DNA from: the human T2T-CHM13v2.0 reference genome, Homo sapiens
Strand: one strand, 5' to 3'
DNA: 64,000 bases
Assembly: GCF_009914755.1 (NCBI RefSeq)
Contig: NC_060926.1
Below are positions 52,361 through 64,000 of the stretch, piece after piece. A program made the position numbers and the translations under genes. The notes beneath the pieces were generated by a model. That model did not search any database. It had not been told where the DNA came from and worked only from the letters and a program-made list of their open reading frames with translations. How positions within the stretch are numbered: position 1 is the first letter of the stretch; every line of letters starts with the position of its first letter.

Positions 52361-55300
52361 GATATTTGGATAGCTTTGAGGATTTCGTTGGAAACGGGAT
52401 TGTCTGCATATAAACTCTAGACAGAAGCATTCTCAGAAGCGTCATTGGGATGTTTCAATTGAAGTCACAGTGTTGAACAGTCCCTTTCATAGAGCAGGTT
52501 TGAAACACTCTTTTTTTAGTATCTGGATGTGGACATTTGGAGCGCTTTCAGGCCTATGGTTTAAAAGGAAATATCTTCCCCTGAAAACTAGACAGAAGCA
52601 TTCTCAGAAACTTATTTGTGATGTGCGCCTTCAACTAACAGTGTTGAAGCATTCTTTTGATAGAGCAGTTTTGAAACACTCTTTTTGTGGAACCTGCAAG
52701 TGGATATTTGTCTAGCTTTGAGGATTTCGTTGGAAACGGGATTACATATAAAAAGCAGACAGCAGCATTCCCAGAAACTTCTTTGTGATGTTTGCATTCA
52801 AGTCACAGAGTTGAACATTCCCTTTCATAGAGCAGGTTTGAAACACTCTTTTTGTAGTATCTGGATGTGGACATTTGGAGCGCTTTCAGCCCTATGGTGA
52901 AAAAGGAAATATCTTCCCCTGAAAACTAGACAGAAGCATTCTCAGAATCTTATTTGTGATGTGCGCCCTCAACTAACAGTGTTGAAGCTTTCTTTTGATA
53001 GAGCAGTTTTGAAACACTCTTTTTGTAAAATCTGCAAGAGGATATTTGGATAGCTTTGAGGATTTCGTTGGAAACGGGATTGTCTTCATATAAACTCTAG
53101 ACAGAAGCATTCTCAGAAGCTTCATTGGGATGTTTCAATTGAAGTCACAGTGTTGAACAGTCCCTTTCATAGAGCAGGTTTGAAACACTCTTTTTGTAGT
53201 ATCTGGAAGTGGACATTTGGAGCGCTCTCAGGACTGCGGTGAAAAAGGAACTATCTTCCAATAAAAGCTAGATAGAAGCAATGTCAGAAACTTTTTCATG
53301 ATGTATCTACTCAGCTAACAGAGTTGAACCTTCCTTTGAGAGAGCAGTTTTGAAACACTCTTTTTGTGGAATCTGCAAGTGGATATTTGTCTAGCTTTGA
53401 GGATTTCGTTGGAAACGGGATTACATATAAAAAGCAGACAGCAGCATTCCCAGAAACTTCTTTGTGATGTTTGCATTCAAGTCACAGAGTTGAACATTCC
53501 CTTTCATAGAGCAGGTTTGAAACACTCTTTTTGTAGTATCTGGATGTGGACATTTGCAGCGCTTTCAGGCCTAAGGTGAAAAAGGAAATATCTTCCCCTG
53601 AAAACTAGACAGAAGCATTCTCAGAAACTTATTTGTGATGTGCGCCCTCAACTAACAGTGTTGAAGCTTCCTTTTGATAGAGCAGTTTTGAAACACTCTT
53701 TTTGTAATATCTGCAAGAGGATATTTGGATAGCTTTGAGGATTTCGTTGGAAACGGGATTGTCTTCATATAAACTCTAGACAGAAGCATTCTCAGAAGCT
53801 TCATTGGGATGTTTCAATTGAAGTCACAGTGTTGAACAGTTCCTTTCATAGAACAGGTTTGAAACACTCTTTTTGTAGTATCTGGAAGTGGACATTTGGA
53901 GCGCTCTCAGGACTACGGTGAAAATGGAAATATCTTCCAATAAAAGCTACATAGAAGCAATGTCAGAAACTTTTTCATGATGTATCTACTCAGCTAACAG
54001 AGTTGAACCTTTCCTTTGAGAGAGCAGTTTTGAAACACTCTTTTTGTGGAATCTGCAAGTGGATATTTGTCTAGCTTTGAGGATTTCGTTGGAAACGGGA
54101 TTACATATAAAAAGCAGACAGCAGCATTCCCAGAATCTTCTTTGTGATGTTTGCATTCAAGTCACAGAGTTGAACATTCCCTTTCATAGAGCAGGTTTCA
54201 AACACTCTTTTTGTAGTATCTGGATGTGGACATTTGGAGCGCTTTCAGGCCTATGGTGAAAAAGGAAATATCTTCCCCTGAAAACTAGACAGAAGCATTC
54301 TCAGAATCTTATTTGTGATGTGCGCCCTCAACTAACAGTGTTGAAGCTTTCTTTTGATAGAGCAGTTTTGAAACACTCTTTTTGTAATATCTGCAAGAGG
54401 ATATTTGGATAGCTTTGAGGATTTCGTTGGAAACGGGATTGTCTTCATATAAACTCTAGACAGAAGCATTCTCAGAAGCTTCATTGGGATGTTTCAATTG
54501 AAGTCACAGTGTTGAACAGTCCCTTTCATAGAGCAGGTTTGAAACACTCTTTTTGTAGTATCTGGAAGTGGACATTTGGAACGCTCTCAGGACTGCGGTG
54601 AAAAAGGAAATATCTTCCAATAAAAGCTAGATAGAAGCAATGTCAGAAACTTTTTCATGATGTATCTACTCAGCTAACAGAGTTGAACCTTTCTTTTGAG
54701 AGAGCAGTTTTGAAACACTCTTTTTGTGGAATCTGCAAGTGCATATTTGTCTAGCTTTGAGGATTTCGTTGGAAACGGGATTACATATAAAAAGCAGACA
54801 GCAGCATTCCCAGTAACTTCTTTGTGATGTTTGCATTCAAGTCACAGAGTTGAACATTCCCTTTCATAGAGCAGGTTTGAAACACTTTTTTTGTAGTATC
54901 TGGATGTGGACATTTGGAGCGCTTTCAGGCCTATGGTGAAAAAGGAAATATCTTCCAATAAAAGCTACATAAAAGCAATGTCAGAAACTTTTTCATGATG
55001 TATCTACTCAGCTAACAGAGTTGAACCTTTCTTTTGAGAGAGCAGTTTTGAAACACTCTTTTTGTGGAATCTGGAAGTGGATATTTGTCTAGTTTTGAGG
55101 ATTTCGTTGGAAACGGGATTACATATAAAAAGCAGACAGCAGCATTCCCAGTAACTTCTTTGTGATGTTTGCATTCAAGTCACAGAGTTGAACATTCCCT
55201 TTCATAGAGCAGGTTTGAAACACTCTTTTTGTAGTATCTGGATGTGGACATTTGGAGCGCTTTCAGGCCTATTGTGAAAAAGGAAATATCTTCCCCTGAA

Positions 55301-58300
55301 AACTAGACAGAAGAATTCTCAGAATCTTATTTGTGATGTGCGCCCTCAACTAACAGTGTTGAAGCTTTCTTTTGATAGAGCAGTTTTGAAACACTCTTTT
55401 TGTAAAATCTGCAAGAGGATATTTGGATAGCTTTGAGGATTTCGTTGGAAACGGGATTGTCTTCATATAAACTCTACACAGAAGCATTCTCAGAAGCGTC
55501 ATTGGGATGTTTCAATTGAAGTCACAGTGTTGAACAGTCCCTTTCATAGAGCAGGTTTGAAACACTCTTTTTGTAGTATCTGGATGTGGACATTTGGAGC
55601 GCTTTCAGGCCTATGGTTTAAAAGGAAATATCTTCCCCTGAAAACTAGACAGAAGCATTCTCAGAAACTTATTTGTGATGTGCGCCTTCAACTAACAGTG
55701 TTGAAGCATTCTTTTGATAGAGCAGTTTTGAAACACTCTTTTTGTGGAATCTGCAAGTGGATATTTGTCTAGCTTTGAGGATTTCGTTGGAAACGGGATT
55801 ACATATAAAAAGCAGACAGCAGCATTCCCAGAAACTTCTTTGTGATGTTTGCATTCAAGTCACAGAGTTGAACATTCCCTTTCAGAGAGCAGGTTTGAAA
55901 CACTCTTTTTGTAGTATCTGGATGTGGACATTTGGAGCGCTTTCAGGCCTATGGTGAAAAAGGAAATATCTTCCCCTGAAAACTAGACAGAAGCATTCTC
56001 AGAATCTTATTTGTGATGTGCGCCCGCAACTAACAGTGTTGAAGCTTTCTTTTGATAGAGCAGTTTTGAAACACTCTTTTTGTAAAATCTGCAAGAGGAT
56101 ATTTGGATAGCTTTGAGGATTTCATTGGAAACGGGATTGTCTTCATATAAACTCTAGACAGAAGCATTCTCAGAAGCTTCATTGGGATGTTTCAATTGAA
56201 GTCACAGTGTTGAACAGTCCCTTTCATAGAGCAGGTTTGAAACACTCCTTTTGTAGTATCTGGAAGTGGACATTTGGAGCGCTCTCAGGACTGCGGTGAA
56301 AAAGGAAATATCTTCCAATAAAAGCTAGATAGAAGCAATGTCAGAAACTTTTTCATGATGTATCTACTCAGCTAGCAGAGTTGAACCTTCCTTTGAGAGA
56401 GCAGTTTTGAAACACTGTTTTTGTGGAATCTGCAAGTGGATATTTGTCTAGCTTTGAGGATTTCGTTGGAAACGGGATTGTCTTCATATAAACTCTAGAC
56501 AGAAGCATTCTCAGAAGCTTCATTGGGATGTTTCAATTGAAGTCACAGTGTTGAACAGTTCCTTTCATAGAACAGGTTTGAAACACTCTTTTTGTAGTAT
56601 CTGGAAGTGGACATTTGGAGCGCTCTCAGGACTATGGTGAAAAAGGAAATATCTTCCAATAAAAGCTACATAGAAGCAATGTCAGAAACTTTTTCATGAT
56701 GTATCTACTCAGCTAACAGAGTTGAACCTTTCCTTTGAGAGAGCAGTTTTGAAACACTCTTTTTGTGGAATCTGCAGGTGGATATTTGTCTAGCTTTGAG
56801 GATTTCGTTGGAAACGGGATTACATATAAAAAGCAGACAGCAGCATTCCCAGTAACTTCTTTGTGATGTTTGCATTCAAGTCACAGAGTTGAACATTGCC
56901 TTTCATAGAGCAGGTTTCAAACACTCTTTTTGTAGTATCTGGATGTGGACATTTGGAGCGCTTTCAGGCCTATGCTGAAAAAGGAAATATCTTCCCCTGA
57001 AAACTAGACAGAAGCATTCTCAGAATCTTATTTGTGATGTGCGCCCTCAACTAACAGTGTTGAAGCTTTCTTTTGATAGAGCAGTTTTGAAACACTCTTT
57101 TTGTAAAATCTGCAAGAGGATATTTGGATAGCTTTGAGGATTTCGTTGGAAACGGGATTGTCTTCATATAAACTCTAGACAGAAGCATTCTCAGAAGCTT
57201 CATTGGGATGTTTCAATTGAAGTCACAGTGTTGAACAGTCCCTTTCATAGAGCAGGTTTCAAACACTCTTTTTGTAGTATCTGGATGTGGACATTTGGAG
57301 CGCTTTCAGGCCTATGGTTTAAAAGGAAATATCTTCCCCTGAAAACTAGACAGAAGCATTCTCAGAAACTTATTTGTGATGTGCGCCCTCAACTAACAGT
57401 GTTGAAGCATTCTTTTGATAGAGCAGTTTTGAAACACTCTTTTTGTGGAATCTGCAAGTGGATATTTGTCTAGATTTGAGGATTTCGTTGGAAACGGGAT
57501 TACATATGAAAAGCAGACAGCAGCATTCCCAGAATCTTCTTTGTGATGTTTGCATTCAACTCACAGAGTTGAACATTCCCTTTCATAGAGCAGGTTTGAA
57601 ACACTCTTTTTGTAGTATCTGGATGTGGACATTTGGAGCGCTTTCAGGCCTATGGTGAAAAAGGAAATATCTTCCCCTGAAAACTAGACAGAAGCATTCT
57701 CAGAAACTTATTTGTGATGTGCGCCCTCAACTAACAGTGTTGAAGCTTTCTTTTGATAGAGCAGTTTGAAACACTCTTTTTGTAATATCTGCAAGAGGAT
57801 ATTTGGATAGCTTTGAGGATTTCGTTGGAAACGGGATTAATTATAAAAAGCAGACAGCAGCATTCCCAGAATCTTGTTTGTGATGTTTGCATTCAAGTGA
57901 CAGAGTTGAACATTCCCTTTCAGAGAGCAGGTTTGAAACACTCTTTTTATAGTATCTGGATGTGGACATTTGGAGCGCTTTCAGGCCTATGGTGAAAAAG
58001 GAAATATCTTCTCCTGAAAACTAGACAGAAGCATTCTCAGAATCTTATTTGTGATGTGCGCCCTCAACTAACAGTGTTGAAGCTTTCTTTTGATAGAGCA
58101 GTTTTGAAACACTCTTTTCGTAAAATCTGCAAGAGGATATTTTGATAGCTTTGAGGATTTCGTTGGAAACGGGATTGTCTTCATATAAACTCTAGACAGA
58201 AGCATTCTCAGAAGCTTCATTGGGATGTTTCAATTGAAGTCACAGTGTTGAACAGTCCCTTTCATAGAGCAGGTTTGAAACACTCTTTTTGTAGTATCTG

Positions 58301-61300
58301 AAGTGGACATTTGGAGAGATCTCAGGAATACGGTGATAAAGGAAATATCTTCCAATAAAAGCTAGATAGAAGCAATGTCAGAAACTTTTTCATGATGTAT
58401 CTACTCAGCTAACAGAGTTGAACCTTTCTTTTGAGAGAGCAGTTTTGAAACACTCTTTTTGTGGAATCTGCAAGTGGATATTTGTCTAGCTTTGAGGATT
58501 TCGTTGGAAACGGGATTACATATAAAAAGCAGACAGCAGCATTCCCAGTAACTTCTTTGTGAGGTTTGCATTCAAGTGACAGAGTTGAACATTCCCTTTC
58601 ATAGAGCAGGTTTGAAACACTCTTTTTGTAGTATCTGGATGCGGACATTTGGAGCGCTTTCAGGCCTATGGTGAAAAAGGAAATATCTTCCAATAAAAGC
58701 TACATAGAAGCAATGTCAGAAACTTTTTCATGATGTATCTACTCAGCTAACAGAGTTGAACCTTTCTTTTGAGAGAGCAGTTTTGAAACACTCTTTTTGT
58801 GGAATCTGGAAGTGGATATTTGTCTAGCTTTGAGGATTTCGTTGGAAACGGGATTACATATAAAAAGCAGACAGCAGCATTCCCAGTAACTTCTTTGTGA
58901 TGTTCGCATTCAAGTCACAGAGTTGAACATTCCCTTTCATAGAGCAGGTTTGAAACACTCTTTTTGTAGTATCTGGATGTGGACATTTGGAGCGCTTTCA
59001 GGCCTATGGTGAAAAAGGAAATATCTTCCCCTGAAAACTAGACAGAAGAATTCTCAGAATCTTATTTGTGATGTGCGCCATCAACTAACAGTGTTGAAGC
59101 TTTCTTTTGATAGAGCAGTTTTGAAACACTCTTTTTGTAAAATCTGCAAGAGGATATTTGGATAGCTTTGAGGATTTCGTTGGAAACGGGATTGTCTTCA
59201 TATAAACTCTAGACAGAAGCATTCTCAGAAGCGTCATTGGGATGTTTCAATTGAAGTCACAGTGTTGAACATTCCCTTTCATAGAGCAGGTTTGAAACAC
59301 TCTTTTTGTAGTATCTGGATGTGGACATTTGGAGCGCTTTCAGGCCTATGGTTTAAAAGGAAATATCTTCCCCTGAAAACTAGACAGAAGCATTCTCAGA
59401 AACTTATTTGTGATGTGCGCCCTCAACTAACAGTGTTGAAGCATTCTTTTGATAGAGCAGTTTTGAAACACTCTTTTTGTGGAATCTGCAAGTGGATATT
59501 TGTCTAGCTTTGAGGATTTCGTTGGAAACGGGATTACATATAAAAAGCAGACAGCAGCATTCCCAGTAACTTCTTTGTGATGTTTGCATTCAAGCCAGAG
59601 AGTTGAACATTCCCTTTCATAGAGCAGGTTTGAAACACTCTTTTTGAAGTATCTGGTTGTGGACATTTGGAGCGCTTTCAGGCCTATGGTGAAAAAGGAA
59701 ATATCTTCCCCTGAAAACTAGACAGAAGCATTCTCAGAAACTTATTTGTGATGTGCGCCCTCAACTAACAGTGTTGAACCTTTCTTTTGATAGAGCAGTT
59801 TTGAAACACTCTTTTTGTAATATCTGCAAGAGGATATTTGGATAGCTTTGAGGATTTCGTTGGAAACGGGATTGTCTTCATATAAACTCTAGACAGAAGC
59901 ATTCTCAGAAGCTTCATTGGGATGTTTCAATTGAAGTCACAGTGTTGAACAGTCCCTTTCATAGAGCAGGTTTGAAACACTCTTTTTGTAGTATCTGGAA
60001 GTGGACATTTGGAGCGCTCTCAGGACTACGATGATAAAGGAAATATCTTCCAATAAAAGCTAGATAGAAGCAATGTCAGAAACTTTTTCATGATGTATCT
60101 ACTCAGCTAACAGAGTTGAACCTTTCTTTTGAGAGAGCAGTTTTGAAACACTCTTTTTGTGGAATCTGCAAGTGGATATTTGTCTAGCTTTGAGGATTTC
60201 GTTGGAAACGGGATTACATATAAAAAGCAGACAGCAGCATTCCCAGAATCTTCTTTGTGATGTTTGCATTCAAGTCACAGAGTTGAACATTCCCTTTCAT
60301 AGAGCAGGTTTGAAACACTCTTTTTGTAGTATCTGGATGTGGACATTTGGAGCGCTTTCAGGCCTATGGTGAAAAAGGAAATATCTTCCCCTGAAAACTA
60401 GACAGAAGCATTCTCAGAATCTTATTTGTGATGTGCGCCCTCAACTAACAGTGTTGAAGCTTTCTTTTGATAGAGCAGTTTTGAAACACTCTTTTTGTAA
60501 AATCTGCAAGAGGATATTTGGATAGCTTTGAGGATTTCGTTGGAAACGGGATTGTCTTCATATAAACTCTAGACAGAAGCATTCTCAGAAGCTTCATTGG
60601 GATGTTTCAATTGAAGTCACAGTGTTGAACAGTCCCTTTCATAGAGCAGGTTTGAAACACTCTTTTTGTAGTATCTGGAAGTGGACATTTGGAGCGCTCT
60701 CAGGACTGCGGTGAAAAAGGAAATATCTTCCAATAAAAGCTAGATAGAAGCAATGTCAGAAACTTTTTCATGATGTATCTACTCAGCTAACAGAGTTGAA
60801 CCTTCATTTGAGAGAGCAGTTTTGAAACACTCGTTTTGTGGAATCTGCAAGTGGATATTTGTCTAGCTTTGAGGATTTCGTTGGAAACGGGATTACATAT
60901 AAAAAGCAGACAGCAGCATTCCCAGAAACTTCTTTGTGATGTTTGCATTCAAGTCACAGAGTTGAACATTCCCTTTCATAGAGCAGGTTTGAAACACTCT
61001 TTTTGTAGTATCTGGATGTGTACATTTGCAGCACTTTCAGGCCTAAGGTGAAAAAGGAAATATCTTCCCCTGAAAACTAGACAGAAGCATTCTCAGAAAC
61101 TTATTTGTGATGTGCGCCCTCAACTAACAGTGTTGAAGCTTTCTTTTGATAGAGCAGTTTTGAAACACTCTTTTTGTAATATCTGCAAGAGGATATTTGG
61201 ATAGCTTTGAGGATTTCGTTGGAAACGGGTTTGTCTACATATAAACTCTAGACAGAAGCATTCTCAGAAGCTTCATTGGGATGTTTCAATTGAAGTCACA

Positions 61301-62700
61301 GTGTTGAACAGTTCCTTTCATAGAACAGGTTTGAAACACTCTTTTTGTAGTATCTGGAAGTGGACATTTGGAGCGCTCTCAGGACTATGGTGAAAAAGGA
61401 AATATCTTCCAATAAAAGCTACATAGAAGCAATGTCAGAAACTTTTTCATGATGTATCTACTCAGCTAACAGAGTTGAACCTTTCCTTTGAGAGAGCAGT
61501 TTTGAAACACTCTTTTTGTGGAATCTGCAAGTGGATATTTGTCTAGCTTTGAGGATTTCGTTGGAAACGGGATTACATATAAAAAGCAGACAGCAGCATT
61601 CCCAGTAACTTCTTTGTGATGTTTGCATTCAAGTCACAGAGTTGAATATTCCCTTTCATAGAGCAGGTTTGAAACACTCTTTTTGTAGTATCTGGATGTG
61701 GACATTTGGAGCGCTTTCAGGCCTATGGTGAAAAAGGAAATATCTTCCCCTGAAAACTAGACAGAAGCATTCTCAGAAACTTATTTGTGATGTGCGCCCT
61801 CAACTAACAGTGTTGAACCTTTCTTTTGATAGAGCAGTTTTGAAACACTCTTTTTGTAAAATCTGCAAGAGGATATTTGGATAGCTTTGAGGATTTCGTT
61901 GGAAACGGGATTGTCTTCATATAAACTCTAGACAGAAGCATTCTCAGAAGCTTCATTGGGATGTTTCAATTGAAGTCACAGTGTTGAACAGTCCCTTTCA
62001 TAGAGCAGGTTTGAAACACTCTTTTTGTAGTATCTGGATGTGGACATTTGGAGCGCTTTCAGGCCTATGGTTTAAAAGGAAATATCTTCCCCTGAAAACT
62101 AGACAGAAGCATTCTCAGAAACTTATTTGTGATGTGCGCCCTCAACTAACAGTGTTGAACCTTTCTTTTGATAGAGCAGTTTTGAAACACTCTTTTTGTG
62201 GAATCTGCAAGTGGATATTTGTCTAGCTTTGAGGATTTCGTTGGAAACGGGATTAATTATAAAAAGCAGACAGCAGCATTCCCAGAATCCTGTTTGTGAT
62301 GTTTGCATTCAAGTCACAGAGTTGAACATTCCCTTTCAGAGAGCAGGTTTGAAACACTCTTTTTATAGTATCTGGATGTGGACATTTGGAGCGCTTTCAG
62401 GCCTATGATGAAAAAGGAAATATCTTCTCCTGAAAACTAGACAGAAGCATTCTCAGAATCTTATTTGTGATGTGCGCCCTCAACTAACAGTGTTGAAGCT
62501 TTCTTTTGATAGAGCAGTTTTGAAACACTCTTTTCGTAAAATCTGCAAGAGGATATTTGGATAGCTTTGAGGATTTCGTTGGAAACGGGATTGTCTTCAT
62601 ATAAACTCTAGACAGAAGCATTCTCAGAAGCTTCATTGGGATGTTTCAATTGAAGTCACAGTGTTGAACAGTCCCTTTCATAGAGCAGGTTTGAAACACT
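51900..62700 (+). repeat. Long-range paralogous block (about 10.8 kb) matching about 20.6-31.4 kb at offset 31266/31265
   Basis: ORF pairs 21204/52470, 22778/54044, 24261/55527, 25962/57228, 27144/58409, 30716/61981. The offset shifts by 1 at the deletion GCAGTTTGAA near 57766. Confidence 0.88.
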
Positions 62701-64000
62701 CCTTTTGTAGTATCTGGAAGTGGACATTTGGAGCGCTCTCAGGACTGCGGTGAAAAAGGAAATATCTTCCAATAAAAGCTAGATAGAAGCAATGTCAGAA
62801 ACTTTTTCATGATGTATCTACTCAGCTAACAGAGTTGAACCTTCCTTTGAGAGAGCAGTTTTGAAACACTGTTTTTGTGGAATCTGCAAGTGGATATTTG
62901 TCTAGCTTTGAGGATTTCGTTGGAAACGGGATTGTCTTCATATAAACTCTAGACAGAAGCATTCTCAGAAGCTTCATTGGGATGTTTCAATTGAAGTCAC
63001 AGTGTTGAACAGTTCCTTTCATAGAACAGGTTTGAAACACTCTTTTTGTAGTATCTGGAAGTGGACATTTGGAGCGCTCTCAGGACTATGGTGAAAAAGG
63101 AAATATCTTCCAATAAAAGCTACATAGAAGCAATGTCAGAAACTTTTTCATGATGTATCTACTCAGCTAACAGAGTTGAACCTTTCCTTTGAGAGAGCAG
63201 TTTTGAAACACTCTTTTTGTGGAATCTGCAGGTGGATATTTGTCTAGCTTTGAGGATTTCGTTGGAAACGGGATTACATATAAAAAGCAGACAGCAGCAT
63301 TCCCAGTAACTTCTTTGTGATGTTTGCATTCAAGTCACAGAGTTGAACATTGCCTTTCATAGAGCAGGTTTCAAACACTCTTTTTGTAGTATCTGGATGT
63401 GGACATTTGGAGCGCTTTCAGGCCTATGGTGAAAAAGGAAATATCTTCCCCTGAAAACTAGACAGAAGCATTCTCAGAATCTTATTTGTGATGTGCGCCC
63501 TCAACTAACAGTGTTGAAGCTTTCTTTTGATAGAGCAGTTTTGAAACACTCTTTTTGTAAAATCTGCAAGAGGATATTTGGATAGCTTTGAGGATTTCGT
63601 TGGAAACGGGATTGTCTTCATATAAACTCTAGACAGAAGCATTCTCAGAAGCTTCATTGGGATGTTTCAATTGAAGTCACAGTGTTGAACAGTCCCTTTC
63701 ATAGAGCAGGTTTCAAACACTCTTTTTGTAGTATCTGGATGTGGACATTTGGAGCGCTTTCAGGCCTATGGTTTAAAAGGAAATATCTTCCCCTGAAAAC
63801 TAGACAGAAGCATTCTCAGAAACTTATTTGTGATGTGCGCCCTCAACTAACAGTGTTGAAGCATTCTTTTGATAGAGCAGTTTTGAAACACTCTTTTTGT
63901 GGAATCTGCAAGTGGATATTTGTCTAGCTTTGAGGATTTCGTTGGAAACGGGATTACATATGAAAAGCAGACAGCAGCATTCCCAGAATCTTCTTTGTGA
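56190..64000 (+). repeat. Tandem duplication with a 6454-bp unit (38 monomers); second copy truncated by the window end
   Basis: Offset 57228/63682. Shared variants AACACTGTTTTT (56417/62871) and ACATATGAAAAG followed by CCCAGAATCTTC. Confidence 0.75.

Larger units (their letters stand above)
1..64000 (+). repeat. Centromeric alpha-satellite higher-order repeat array (SF2 dimeric family, 680-bp 4-mer, most likely human chr2 D2Z1)
   Basis: Head-to-tail monomers (A, C, D 171 bp; B 167 bp) with alphoid motifs (CATTCTCAGAAACTT, TTTGAAACACTCTTTTTGT). CENP-B box monomers (B, D) alternate with pJalpha/A-box monomers (A, C). A+B+C+D = 680 bp, with XbaI TCTAGA at the end of D. Alpha satellite is essentially certain; the chr2/D2Z1 call is from recall (about 0.8). 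Confidence 0.97.

Noticed and set aside
57761-57770. Single-copy 1-bp deletion GCAGTTTGAA
   Set aside because: A homopolymer contraction that could be a sequencing error; it only explains the 1-bp offset shift.
128-63927. Recurrent 60-94 aa ORFs on both strands
   Set aside because: They are short translations of satellite monomers, many with GTG/TTG starts. They appear or vanish with single SNVs and resemble no protein family I recognise. They were used only as variant markers.
1-64000. CRISPR-like regularly spaced conserved motifs
   Set aside because: The intervening sequences are themselves repeated rather than unique spacers, there are no cas genes, and the sequence is primate alphoid DNA.
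1-64000. Alu/L1 insertion, inversion or non-alphoid island
   Set aside because: No poly-A tail, target-site duplication, reverse-strand CENP-B box or break in monomer register was seen on reading.

Overview
The whole 64 kb window is one uninterrupted, single-orientation array of primate centromeric alpha satellite: about 376 monomers of about 170 bp, with a CENP-B box in every second monomer. The dimeric A-box/B-box alternation, the 680-bp tetramer and one XbaI site per tetramer best match the human suprachromosomal family 2 array D2Z1 on chromosome 2. That assignment is recognised from memory, not database-checked. I found no genes, RNA genes, transposon insertions, inversions or CRISPR arrays; all listed ORFs are artefacts of the repeat. 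I do not see a novel coding system. The notable content is the internal architecture: many chimeric monomers, a four-hybrid tetramer, nested multi-kb duplications and deletions (offsets 2381, 5100, 5780, 6454, 24133, 31266 bp) with junctions that map to short intervals, strict dimer parity, a lineage of inactivated CENP-B boxes, and tandem-base mutation signatures. Monomer labels used here: A starts CATTCTCAGAAGCTTCATTGGG; B starts CAATGTCAGAAAC; C starts CATTCCCAG; D starts CATTCTCAGAA(A/T)CTTATTTG. Hybrids are written start/end.
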